DNA from: Candidatus Parcubacteria bacterium
GTDB lineage: Bacteria; Patescibacteriota; Minisyncoccia; Phycocordibacterales; JAKAEA01
DNA: 64,000 nt
Assembly: GCA_019661945.1 (NCBI GenBank)
Contig: JAIFWI010000002.1
Coordinates: 763-64,762, forward strand
Direction of reading: 5' to 3'
Of the stretch, positions 8,958-20,173 are shown piece after piece; the stretch's first letter is position 1; the number at the start of each line of letters is the position of its first letter. The notes below the pieces were generated by a model. That model was not told the DNA's origin, did no database searches, and saw only the letters and a program-made list of their open reading frames with translations. The position numbers were made by a program, and so were the translations under genes.

Positions 8958-9356
8958 ATGGATACTCAACCGAAATACAAAGTTTTTCTGATCGATGATG
9001 ACACCTTTTTACTGAATATGTATTCGCTTAAATTTTCAAAAAGTGGTTTTGAAGTGAATACTGCCCAGACCACTCATGAAGCTTTGCAGAAAATCAAACA
9101 AGGATATGAGCCAGACATCATGTTAATTGACATTATTATGCCCGGAATGGATGGTCTTGAGATGCTTTCGGAAATACGCAAAGAGAATCTTGCCCCAAAG
9201 GCAACCGTAATCATGCTTACTAATCAAAGTGATACCACGGACATTGAAAAAGCAAAAGGTCTTGATGTGGATGGGTATATTGTTAAAGCCACTACTATTC
9301 CATCAGAAGTTATAAGCGATGTCGTGGAAATTCATAAAAAACATACACAATCATGA
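8958..9356 (+). CDS. Single-domain response regulator (CheY-like)
   Basis: LIDDD, DIIMPGMDG, LTN, YIVK receiver motifs. Confidence 0.9.
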   Translation: MDTQPKYKVFLIDDDTFLLNMYSLKFSKSGFEVNTAQTTHEALQKIKQGYEPDIMLIDIIMPGMDGLEMLSEIRKENLAPKATVIMLTNQSDTTDIEKAKGLDVDGYIVKATTIPSEVISDVVEIHKKHTQS

Positions 9357-10420
9357 ATCAAGGTGCATATAAAAAAGTAGTAGATGATCTTATTGATGTT
9401 ATCGTAAAGGAAGATGGTTCGGACCTTCACTTGTCTGAAGGACGAAGTCCGGCCGTTCGTGTATCAGGTAGTCTGGTGCTTCTCGATAAATTTCCAGCTT
9501 TTAGTCAGGATGATATGCATGGCATATTGGATCATTTAATGACTCCTGAAAGTAAGCAGATGTTTATCCAAAATAAAGAAGTAGATTTTTCATATTCACA
9601 TCAAGACACGCGTTTTCGAGGTAATGGTTTCTATCGACAGGGCATGATCGGTATAGCTCTGCGTCTTATTCCGCACAAGATTAAAACGTTGGCAGAGTTA
9701 AATCTGCCGCAAATTCTTGAAACATTTACCCGCAAAACCCAGGGTTTTTTCCTGGTTGTCGGACCGGTAGGTCAGGGTAAGTCTACAACCTTGGCCGCTA
9801 TGATTGAACTGGTTAATCAAGAGCGTCTTGAACATATTCTGACTATTGAAGATCCGATTGAATATATTTATGAGCCAAAGAAGTCAATCATTGATCAGCG
9901 TGAAATTCGGATTGATACTCGGGATTTTCACACAGCACTTTTCTCAATGTTCCGACAAGATATTAATGTCTGTCTAGTTGGGGAAATGCGTGACCCCGAG
10001 ACGATCGCAACGGCAGTGACCGCGGCTGAAACGGGCCACCTTGTTTTTTCAACTTTGCACACCAATAACGCTTCTCAAACAATTGATCGTATTATTGACT
10101 CCTTCCCAGCCGATCAGCAGTCTCAAATTCGTATGCAATTGGCCGGAAGCTTAACAGGAATTTTTTCCCAACGCTTGATACCGAGAATTTCAGGCGGACT
10201 TATTCCAGCCTATGAGCTTCTCATTAATAATAGTGCTGTTGCAAACCTTATTCGTGAACGCCGTACGCATGAGCTCAATAGTGTCATTGAAACCGGTTCT
10301 CAACTTGGAATGATTGATCTTAATCGTTCTTTAGCGGAATTGGTTAAGGCCGGGGAGATAAGCGTTGAAAATGCCTACCGATATTCATTGAATCCGAAAG
10401 TCTTGGAGAAAATGTTATAA
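9353..10420 (+). CDS. pilT: Pilus retraction ATPase PilT
   Basis: GSDLHL, GPVGQGKSTT, GEMRD, AETGHLVFSTLH, NLIRE. Confidence 0.92.
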   Translation: MNQGAYKKVVDDLIDVIVKEDGSDLHLSEGRSPAVRVSGSLVLLDKFPAFSQDDMHGILDHLMTPESKQMFIQNKEVDFSYSHQDTRFRGNGFYRQGMIGIALRLIPHKIKTLAELNLPQILETFTRKTQGFFLVVGPVGQGKSTTLAAMIELVNQERLEHILTIEDPIEYIYEPKKSIIDQREIRIDTRDFHTALFSMFRQDINVCLVGEMRDPETIATAVTAAETGHLVFSTLHTNNASQTIDRIIDSFPADQQSQIRMQLAGSLTGIFSQRLIPRISGGLIPAYELLINNSAVANLIRERRTHELNSVIETGSQLGMIDLNRSLAELVKAGEISVENAYRYSLNPKVLEKML

Positions 10421-10439
10421 AGTAAGTGACGAGGCGCGT

Positions 10440-11654
10440 ATGTTATTTAACTACAAAGCAATTGATACAACAGGTGCGTCACGTGAAGGCGCAATCGAAG
10501 CAGTCACCGTTGATGTGGCCATTAATTCTCTTCAGCGAAGAGGCTTAATTATCTCATCGATTAAATCTGCCGAAGAGGCTCTGCCCCTTCTTCAAAGAGG
10601 ATTAAGTTTCTCCTTTCTTAAACGTGTCAGCAATAAAGACATCGTTATTCTCTCACGCCAATTGGCTATTCTTTTTGAAGCTCAAGTTTCAGCTTTGAGA
10701 ATATTTCGATTGATTGCAGCCGAAATCGAGAACCCCATTCTTCAGAAAAGTTTGCTGACGGTTGCGGAAGATATTCAAGGTGGTAGTTCGATTTCTCGGG
10801 CTATGCAAAAACATCCGAAAGTATTTTCAGATTTTTATGTCAACATGGTTAGATCAGGAGAGGAATCTGGAAAGCTTAATGAAATATTCGGTTATCTTGC
10901 AGATTATCTTGATCGAAGTTACGAAGTGACATCAAAAGCTCGTAATGCCTTAATTTATCCGGCTTTCGTCATTACCATTTTCTTTGCGGTTATGGCCTTA
11001 ATGTTTACGGTCATTATTCCTAAAATTGCCGCTATTATTCTTCAATCTGAGCAGAAAGTTCCATTTTATACCCAAGTTGTACTCTCGATTTCTGCTTTTA
11101 TGGTTAATTATTGGTGGCTGATTCCTATTATTCTCGGCGGCGGCGGTTTCGCTCTCTATCAATACTTTAAAACTGAAAAGGGAATGGAGACGATGGACTC
11201 TTTGAAACTCAATGTTCCTTATATTGGAACACTTTTTCACAAATTATATTTATCACGCTTGACCGACAATATGCACACTATGCTTGTTTCCGGTATTCCT
11301 ATGGTTAAAAGTCTAGAGATTACCTCAGCGGTTGTTGGTAATAGAGTGTATCAAAGAATTCTTGATGCATCAGTTGAAGGTGTACGTGCCGGCAGCTCAC
11401 TTTCAGATGCTATGGCCCGCTATCACGAAATCCCAGGTATTATTATTCAAATGATTAAGGTTGGTGAAGAATCCGGAGAACTCGGCAATATCTTAAAGAC
11501 AATGGCTAAATTTTATCAGCGAGAAGTGATGAATGCCGTCGACACGCTTGTCGATCTTATCGAACCGGTGATGATTGTAACACTTGGTCTTGGTGTCGGT
11601 ATTCTCTTGGCATCAGTCCTTATGCCTATCTACAACTTGGCAAGCGGGTTTTAA
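10440..11654 (+). CDS. pilC: Type IV pilus platform protein PilC (T2SS F family)
   Basis: Two GEESG(K/E)L repeats, ALIYP, LIEP, 3 TMs. Confidence 0.92.
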   Translation: MLFNYKAIDTTGASREGAIEAVTVDVAINSLQRRGLIISSIKSAEEALPLLQRGLSFSFLKRVSNKDIVILSRQLAILFEAQVSALRIFRLIAAEIENPILQKSLLTVAEDIQGGSSISRAMQKHPKVFSDFYVNMVRSGEESGKLNEIFGYLADYLDRSYEVTSKARNALIYPAFVITIFFAVMALMFTVIIPKIAAIILQSEQKVPFYTQVVLSISAFMVNYWWLIPIILGGGGFALYQYFKTEKGMETMDSLKLNVPYIGTLFHKLYLSRLTDNMHTMLVSGIPMVKSLEITSAVVGNRVYQRILDASVEGVRAGSSLSDAMARYHEIPGIIIQMIKVGEESGELGNILKTMAKFYQREVMNAVDTLVDLIEPVMIVTLGLGVGILLASVLMPIYNLASGF

Positions 11655-11694
11655 CACCCCTCCTGCTTTGCAGTGCTCCCCTCAAGGGGAGAAT
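11653..11694 (-). repeat. REP-like double-hairpin repeat, copy 1 (inverted)
   Basis: Reverse complement ATTCTCCCCTTGAGGGGAGCACTGCAAAGCAGGAGGGGTGTT. Confidence 0.75.
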
Positions 11695-11701
11695 GATAAA
11701 A

Positions 11702-12088
11702 TCAATCTCCCTTTGAAGGGAGTGGCCGCAGGCCGAGGGATGTTGTTGCTTTATTGATTTTTCCTATAACATTATCTATATCTTTTTCAACCTGATTATT
11801 ACTAAATCTCAAAAAAGTAATGCCAAAAGATTCTAATTGTCCTTGTCTGAATGTATCCGCTTCTATTTTTAATCTGTGAATTTGTCCATCAACTTCAATT
11901 GCTAGCTTTAATTCTTTACAATAAAAATCTAGAATGTAATTCCCAATGGGTTTTTGACGTAAAAACTGATATCCTCGAATCTGTTTACCTTTTAACCTAT
12001 TCCAGAGCAATACCTCGGCCAAGGTACTGTTCTTTCGAAGCTCTCGTGAATGCTCTTTGAGCTTGTGATTATATGGAATTATGTCCAT
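11702..12088 (-). CDS. DUF559 / Vsr-like PD-(D/E)xK endonuclease
   Basis: RELRKNSTLAEVLLW, FLRQKPIGNYILDFYC, AIEVDGQIH. Confidence 0.88.
   Translation of the reverse strand: MDIIPYNHKLKEHSRELRKNSTLAEVLLWNRLKGKQIRGYQFLRQKPIGNYILDFYCKELKLAIEVDGQIHRLKIEADTFRQGQLESFGITFLRFSNNQVEKDIDNVIGKINKATTSLGLRPLPSKGD
11704..11744 (+). repeat. REP-like double-hairpin repeat, copy 2
   Basis: AATCTCCCTTTGAAGGGAGTGGCCGCAGGCCGAGGGATGTT; encodes the DUF559 C-terminus on the minus strand. Confidence 0.75.
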
Positions 12089-12126
12089 TAATATAGAGTA
12101 ACAATGATATATGAAATATTTCTAAA

Positions 12127-12171
12127 AATCCCCCTTAGAAGGGGGCAACCGCTTCAGGCGGAGGGGATGTT
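12127..12171 (+). repeat. REP-like double-hairpin repeat, copy 3
   Basis: AATCCCCCTTAGAAGGGGGCAACCGCTTCAGGCGGAGGGGATGTT. Confidence 0.75.
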
Positions 12172-12320
12172 CTTAAATTACTTATCCACATACCCTCCTT
12201 CTCCAGCAGAGCCTGCTAGACTATAATAAGAACATTAGTCACACGACTTATCCGTCTACCTTCGCCACGTGGCGAACGGCGGAAGCGGACGGTCGATTTA
12301 AATAAGTAATTATAATTATA

Positions 12321-12809
12321 ATGAAAAATATACGAAAAGGTTTCACTTTGATCGAGTTGCTGGTTGTTATCGCCATCATTGGTATTCTGTCTGCAGTCGT
12401 TTTGGCTTCTTTGAACAACGCTCGAGATAAGGGATCAAATGCGGCTATTAAATCAACAGTTAATAATGCTCGCGCACAAGCAGAGCTTTACTATGATAGT
12501 AACCTTCAGTCATATGGTGCTGTTTGTAACAACGGAGCATTAGCTGGTGGTGTGAAAGGTATCTACGATATGAAACTCGGTGCTTCAAACGCCGGTGGTG
12601 GTGTCATTGGTACTGACGTAAAGTGTGCTGTAAGTTCTACCGGTGACGCTTGGGCATTGGAGTCAAAATTGAAAGGAACACCTACAACATATTATTGTGT
12701 TGATTCAACAGGTAATGCTACAACAACCACGGCCACAGGTATTGGTGATGGTACTTTGGGAGCAGGTCCAGCAATAACTGCTAATGCAATTTGTAGCCCG
12801 ATCATCTAG
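12321..12809 (+). CDS. Type IV pilin (probable major pilin)
   Basis: KG|FTLIELLVVIAIIGIL class III signal peptide; 4 Cys; own promoter and terminator. Confidence 0.9.
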   Translation: MKNIRKGFTLIELLVVIAIIGILSAVVLASLNNARDKGSNAAIKSTVNNARAQAELYYDSNLQSYGAVCNNGALAGGVKGIYDMKLGASNAGGGVIGTDVKCAVSSTGDAWALESKLKGTPTTYYCVDSTGNATTTTATGIGDGTLGAGPAITANAICSPII

Positions 12810-12842
12810 TCTCAGTTTGGTAGTACGGTGATATGTTACCGT

Positions 12843-12875
12843 AAGTAAAAATCCCCAGATTGGGGATTTTTACTT
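12843..12875 (+). terminator. Intrinsic terminator after first pilin
   Basis: AAGTAAAAATCCCC-AGATT-GGGGATTTTTACTT. Confidence 0.8.
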
Positions 12876-12909
12876 GGTTTCTTTGTTTTCTTTCTGATAT
12901 ACTTGAGGT

Positions 12910-13359
12910 ATGAAAAGAGGCTTTACCTTGATTGAATTGCTCGTAGTTATTGCTGTTATTGGTGTTCTCTCTGCTACTGTTTTAGCTTCTCTTAACAATG
13001 CTCGAGAAAAAGGATCCAATGCAGCTATTAAATCAAGTATTAATAATGCTCGTTCTCAGGCTGAGCTATACTACGCCGATAATACTTTGAGTTATCTTAA
13101 TGTCTGTAACACTGGGGTTTTGGCAGGCGGTTTAACAAAAGGCATTTATGATTTGGCTCTGAACGCCGCAAGTTCCAATGGTGGAGTTGTCGGTACGGAT
13201 GTACTGTGCGCTTCAGATGCAAATACTTGGGCTCTTACTGCACGACTGAGGGGTACGCCTATTAATTGGTACTGTGTCGATTCGACAGGTGTTGCTACAA
13301 CATCGATCATAGCTAATGATGTCGCGGCCGGTGCCGACTATACTTGTGCGGTTGATTGA
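12910..13359 (+). CDS. Type IV pilin, paralog of 12321
   Basis: RG|FTLIELLVVIAVIGVL; shares NNAR.KGSNAAIKS..NNAR.QAELYY and YCVDSTG. Confidence 0.9.
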   Translation: MKRGFTLIELLVVIAVIGVLSATVLASLNNAREKGSNAAIKSSINNARSQAELYYADNTLSYLNVCNTGVLAGGLTKGIYDLALNAASSNGGVVGTDVLCASDANTWALTARLRGTPINWYCVDSTGVATTSIIANDVAAGADYTCAVD

Positions 13360-13367
13360 TACTCGTA

Positions 13368-14180
13368 ATGATTTATCTCTTCGGGATTTTTCTTTTTATT
13401 CTTGGCACAACTATCGGTAGTTTTTTAAACGTCGTTATATATCGATACAATACCGGTATGGGGGTGAATGGGCGGTCCCAATGTTTTTCCTGTGGTAAAA
13501 CGCTGCAATGGTATGAACTTATTCCGCTGTTTAGTTTTATCTTCTTGAGAGGGAGGTGCGGTCAATGCCAAAGTAAAATCTCCTGGCAGTATCCTTTAGT
13601 TGAGTTAACGACGGGTTTAGTATTTCTACTGTTTTTTTTGAAAATAGTCGGTACCCAAATTGTCACACCTGCATTAATAGGTCTTTTACTGTATTCTTTA
13701 GTCATAGCCAGCATTTTTATTGTTATCTTTGTATACGATCTCAAACATAAAATTATTCCTGATGGTTTAGTTATTGCCTTGAGTGTCTTCGCTCTTATAA
13801 GTCTCTTTGTTACTCCGGAATTTACCTTTCAAAGGCCAAGCATTTTAGCCATTCTGGCCGGACCGATATTAGCAGCGCCTTTTGCCCTCCTGTGGCTTAT
13901 GTCACGAGGACGCTGGATGGGCCTTGGAGACGCGAAGCTTGTACTTCCTATGGGCTGGTTTTTAGGCCTTACATATGGTTTTTCAGCAATTATCATCGCT
14001 TTTTGGATTGGGGCGATAATTGGTGTGGGGCTTATCCTCTTGTCAGGGAAGCTCGGCGCTATTACAATGAAGAGTGAAATTCCATTTGCGCCATTTCTTA
14101 TCATTGGCTTCCTGCTTGTCTATTTTTTGGGACTTAACGTTTTTAACCTCAGTACATTCTGGGGAATATACTATCTATGA
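13368..14180 (+). CDS. pilD: Prepilin peptidase
   Basis: GSFLNVVIYR, CxxC pairs, MGLGDAKL, IPFAPFL; ATG 13368 preferred to TTG 13356. Confidence 0.92.
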   Translation: MIYLFGIFLFILGTTIGSFLNVVIYRYNTGMGVNGRSQCFSCGKTLQWYELIPLFSFIFLRGRCGQCQSKISWQYPLVELTTGLVFLLFFLKIVGTQIVTPALIGLLLYSLVIASIFIVIFVYDLKHKIIPDGLVIALSVFALISLFVTPEFTFQRPSILAILAGPILAAPFALLWLMSRGRWMGLGDAKLVLPMGWFLGLTYGFSAIIIAFWIGAIIGVGLILLSGKLGAITMKSEIPFAPFLIIGFLLVYFLGLNVFNLSTFWGIYYL

Positions 14181-14767
14181 AACATATAAAAAGATTAAGA
14201 GCCGGATTTACGTTCGTTGAACTGATAGTCAGTGTCGCTATTATTTTGATTATTTCTTCTATTGTTCTTTTCCAGTACAAAGAATACAACAATGATGTAA
14301 CACTCAAAGGAATCTCCAATGAAATAGCATTAGCTCTCCGTGAGGCTCAGGTCTATGCTACAAGTGGTCGAGAGTTTAAGCCAAACACTAATGTATTTAA
14401 ACTCCAATATGTCCTGTTGTTCGACAAGGCCAACAAGAGCTATAGCTTGTACGGCGATGCTGACGGTGATGGGCAGGTTGTCGCTGATCAGGCAAGTGAG
14501 ATCTTAGTGAATTACACACTTCGACCGGGATATACGATGGACTTGTGTATGAAAAACACAGAAGAAGGGAACTGTATTAATGCCAATCAGACGACACTAT
14601 TTGTTGGATTTCCCTACAAAGATTTTCAGGCGACTATAAAGCAAAGTGATACAGTCCCTAATGATCCTTCTATAAAGTTTGCAGAAATTATCATCTACAA
14701 AATTGGCCAAACACCGCTTCAGGGCGTTTCAGTGCGTATTGAGTCCACAGGACTAATTGAAAATTAA
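14177..14767 (+). CDS. Minor pilin (FimT/GspH-like)
   Basis: AG|FTFVELIVSVAII. Confidence 0.8.
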   Translation: MKHIKRLRAGFTFVELIVSVAIILIISSIVLFQYKEYNNDVTLKGISNEIALALREAQVYATSGREFKPNTNVFKLQYVLLFDKANKSYSLYGDADGDGQVVADQASEILVNYTLRPGYTMDLCMKNTEEGNCINANQTTLFVGFPYKDFQATIKQSDTVPNDPSIKFAEIIIYKIGQTPLQGVSVRIESTGLIEN

Positions 14768-14782
14768 ATTGTATACTTACTA

Positions 14783-15418
14783 TTGATGAGATCGTATATG
14801 AGTTCTCGATATAATAACAAAGGGTTTACGCTTGCAGAGGTTCTGGTAGCTCTGGCAATTTTTGGTTTTGTGGTTATCATGGGATCCGGTACACTTGTGG
14901 CTGTCTCGAATACAAATTACAGCGCTCAGGTATCCCGAAAGACAATTGATAATATTGATTTTATTCTTGATGACATAGTCCGTGAAGCCCGATTCGGCAA
15001 AGATTATCATTGTGAAATTACAGAAACGATCAACGATGCTACACCGAAAGATTGTGATAAGGGGCATCAATCATTTGCCCTAACTCGACTTGATAATGGA
15101 TACATTGTTAGATACGCCACCTCGAGTATTTCTCAGCCAGATGGCAGTAAAAGGTCTGCCCTTATGAAACAGGTAATAGATCCAAATAATCCAGCGCATC
15201 TTGACCCGAATCATCCTGATTATCCTAAAGCAATTCAAATTTCTGCAGATAATATAGATATTAAACACCTTCGTTTTTATGTGTCCGGTTCTGGTGTGTC
15301 TGATGGTTTGCCCGCACAGGTGCTTGTATCAATCCAGGCTGAATTAAAGAAAGGAAGTAAATATCAGACGAGTATTAATCTTCAAACCACGATTGCCCAG
15401 CGGGCATCAGATAATTGA
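14783..15418 (+). CDS. Minor pilin (PilW/GspJ-like)
   Basis: KG|FTLAEVLVALAIF; C-terminal LQTTIAQR. Confidence 0.8.
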   Translation: MMRSYMSSRYNNKGFTLAEVLVALAIFGFVVIMGSGTLVAVSNTNYSAQVSRKTIDNIDFILDDIVREARFGKDYHCEITETINDATPKDCDKGHQSFALTRLDNGYIVRYATSSISQPDGSKRSALMKQVIDPNNPAHLDPNHPDYPKAIQISADNIDIKHLRFYVSGSGVSDGLPAQVLVSIQAELKKGSKYQTSINLQTTIAQRASDN

Positions 15419-15419
15419 T

Positions 15420-16127
15420 ATGAGTACCACTATGCCTACAAAAAAGGGATTTACACTGATTGAAACACTTGTAGCTGTTACCGTCTTATCTATGGCTCTC
15501 ATTCCGCCGATTTATACTGCATATCAAAGTGTTATTGCTACAAACTTTGCCCGCGACCAGATGATTGCCAGCTACTTGGCTCAGGATGCCATGGATTATA
15601 TTATTGCTAAAAAGAATCAAAACATTATTGCTTGTACGAATGCTGGTGATGATGGAATTCAGGGCGGAGGGGGGATAAATGATGATGATAAGGGCCAAGA
15701 TAGTGTCAATGATTATCCTTGTGATGAATATGGTCAAGGTCTCGGCAGGGACTGGCTGGCTGATTTAGATTTGTGTAATGCTACCGGTGTAGCTAATGCC
15801 AATAAAAAATGTGTTGTTGATACAACCAGGGAAAAAGACCAGCCTTATGTATATACCTTTCTGCCTACCTGTGTTGATGGAACAAGTTCTGACTGTTATA
15901 TCTACTTCGACAAAGAACGCAATTTATATCGCCATAGTAATGTTATTACCGAAGTAACTAATCCGGCAAACAAACAACAAACAAAATTTAGACGATATGT
16001 TAGTTTCAAAACATTGTCCGGAGGCAATGAAGCTGCAGTAGCGGTCGTGGTGAAGTGGAAAGCTCAAGGATTTACTACCGATGACTCTGTTACGGTCAGG
16101 TCAAATATTTTTAATGTTAAACCATGA
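15420..16127 (+). CDS. Minor pilin (PilV/GspI-like), Cys-rich
   Basis: KG|FTLIETLVAVTVL; ASYLAQDAMD; ATG 15420. Confidence 0.8.
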   Translation: MSTTMPTKKGFTLIETLVAVTVLSMALIPPIYTAYQSVIATNFARDQMIASYLAQDAMDYIIAKKNQNIIACTNAGDDGIQGGGGINDDDKGQDSVNDYPCDEYGQGLGRDWLADLDLCNATGVANANKKCVVDTTREKDQPYVYTFLPTCVDGTSSDCYIYFDKERNLYRHSNVITEVTNPANKQQTKFRRYVSFKTLSGGNEAAVAVVVKWKAQGFTTDDSVTVRSNIFNVKP

Positions 16128-17704
16128 TGTCGACATACTCCAAAAATACCAATAAAGGCTTCACACTCTTTTTTGCCATTATTGTCATTAGTATTGTCCT
16201 TTCAATCGGCATTTCACTTTCATTAATTGCTCTTAAAGAAACTTCTCTAGCTGCAATTCGTCGAGAATCACAACTTGCATATTATGCTTCAGAATCAGGT
16301 ACCTCATGCGCTCTGTATTGGATTCTTAACGAATTTAGGACAAATGCTACACCATCAAGTATAGGTATGACCTGTAATGGTGCGCCGCTACAATCAGTTG
16401 GTAATAGTGGCACATATGTATTTGATTATGCCGGTGCAGGTGAAGTTCCTCCATTTCCCTATGAATCAGAAGTGCGGCTGACTGGCGGAGGCTCTACATG
16501 GGAAATTGAGTCCGAAGGACGTAACCGGACCGGTAATGTCGCTATTAAAACTCAACGAAGCCAAAGGACGCGAGTTTCTCCAGGTACTGTCGGACAGGCG
16601 AATGACATTATCTTTGCTATTGATCACTCAGGTAGTATTTGCCAAGCTCTCTGGCCAGATAATAATGCATTTGTTGGTGATGAAACCACACCAGATGGAC
16701 TTGTGGGAGTACCTAGAAGTATTTTTGCATATAATGACGGTCATTACCGTTATGAATTGGAACGTCGAAACTGTAATCAGCATAAAGCTATGCGCAGTTC
16801 TGCTTTGTGGCTCTTAGATAATCTTAATCCCGATCCAACTAATGTTACGAACGGCAACCGAGTTGGAATTATTACATTTGCCGGTGTTGGACAGCTCAAT
16901 GGTAGTCACAGTGCCGCTAAAGTAGCGGAACAATACTACTATGCACCAACCTTTGGCCAGCCAAAAATTCAAACTCACCTTGATGCTGCAGAAATAACGA
17001 GCAAAAATACAATTGAACAAGATGCAAGTAATTTCTTACAGATTTCATATGGTGATGGTACCAATATTACCGATACAATTGAGCTCGCAATATGTGAATT
17101 TACCGGCAAAAAGCTTAATGCTGCGAGCTATACTTCACCATGTACCACAAATGATATTGATGGTACTGGTAGTACTCATGATCGGCTTAATAATGGACCA
17201 CTATACGATAATCCACCCGTCGATATCAATTATCCGGACTCGCTCATTATTTTCACTGATGGAGGTCAAAATGTTTTGAAAGAGGGAAGCAATAGACGAT
17301 TCTTGTTGAATAATCAAGTGCAGAATGAATGCGATACATCATGGCAGCAGCTTGTTGATAAAGCAGCCGAGGCAAAGGCTCTGGGTATAAAAATATATGT
17401 TGTGGCTGTGGGTGATGTTATCAATGATTATGGCTGTTGGGATTCACGAGATAATGGCCGACAACTTCAGGCATCATTAAATGATGATTATGGTAATAGG
17501 ATTATCAAAGATATATTTAAAACCGAAATTGCCTCGCCTGAGACCGTTGATGCAGATGGTAAGACCAAAAAGTATTTTTACTTTGTTAGTGAATACTGTG
17601 AACAAAATCCAACCGTTCCTTCCGACTGCAAGGATGATCAACTCCGCAATACTTTTAGCGAAATCGTTAAAACATCCGGATTGGTTATAACTGTTCTCGA
17701 GTAA
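16124..17704 (+). CDS. PilX-like minor pilin fused to a vWA domain
   Basis: KG|FTLFFA (no Glu5), AYYASESG; IIFAIDHSGS (DxSxS MIDAS), GTN, IIFTDG. Confidence 0.8.
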   Translation: MMSTYSKNTNKGFTLFFAIIVISIVLSIGISLSLIALKETSLAAIRRESQLAYYASESGTSCALYWILNEFRTNATPSSIGMTCNGAPLQSVGNSGTYVFDYAGAGEVPPFPYESEVRLTGGGSTWEIESEGRNRTGNVAIKTQRSQRTRVSPGTVGQANDIIFAIDHSGSICQALWPDNNAFVGDETTPDGLVGVPRSIFAYNDGHYRYELERRNCNQHKAMRSSALWLLDNLNPDPTNVTNGNRVGIITFAGVGQLNGSHSAAKVAEQYYYAPTFGQPKIQTHLDAAEITSKNTIEQDASNFLQISYGDGTNITDTIELAICEFTGKKLNAASYTSPCTTNDIDGTGSTHDRLNNGPLYDNPPVDINYPDSLIIFTDGGQNVLKEGSNRRFLLNNQVQNECDTSWQQLVDKAAEAKALGIKIYVVAVGDVINDYGCWDSRDNGRQLQASLNDDYGNRIIKDIFKTEIASPETVDADGKTKKYFYFVSEYCEQNPTVPSDCKDDQLRNTFSEIVKTSGLVITVLE

Positions 17705-17749
17705 GCCACTTCTCTAAGTAAGTCTTGTATAATTTTACGTGCATAGTAG

Positions 17750-19777
<2,028 letters not shown>

Positions 19778-19792
19778 TGCTAGTATACCCTT

Positions 19793-20074
19793 ATGATTTC
19801 TGTTGAAGAGATTCGAAAATTAGCGAGCTTAGCTCGGATTAAGCTTACAAAAGATGAAGAAGAGAAACTTTCCAAGGATATGGGAAATATTTTGGCCTAT
19901 ATTGAGCAAATTCAGGAAGTATCGGCTACAGTAGAGGAGTCAGAAAAGCCTTTGCTTCGCAATGTTATGAGAGATGATGCTGAGCCGCATCAGGCGGGAA
20001 TTCACACTGAAGCATTATTAGCCGAGGCACCAAAGCGGGAGGAAAATTATGTGAAGGTGAAGAAAATTCTATAG
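19793..20074 (+). CDS. gatC: Asp/Glu-tRNA amidotransferase subunit C
   Basis: KLASLARI, NVMRDD, VKVKKIL; upstream of gatA. Confidence 0.9.
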   Translation: MISVEEIRKLASLARIKLTKDEEEKLSKDMGNILAYIEQIQEVSATVEESEKPLLRNVMRDDAEPHQAGIHTEALLAEAPKREENYVKVKKIL

Positions 20075-20078
20075 TGAA

Positions 20079-20155
20079 ATGATTAAATAAAAATTTCAAT
20101 GGTCTGGCCCGCGCAGACGGGAGATCCGAGGACCTTGAAATTTATATTTAATCAT
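20079..20155. repeat. Palindromic MITE-like element between gatC and gatA
   Basis: ATGATTAAATAAAAATTTCAATGGTC ... GACCTTGAAATTTATATTTAATCAT around a GC-rich core. Confidence 0.7.
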
Positions 20156-20173
20156 GAAACTATCATTCCACTT

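Noticed and set aside
12182-12190. Perfect DnaA box suggesting oriC
   Set aside because: Single copy, with no box cluster and no dnaA/dnaN nearby
20099-20173. 25-aa N-terminal extension of GatA in the ORF track
   Set aside because: It is read-through of a palindromic element; ATG 20174 has a -10 box and matches the normal GatA start
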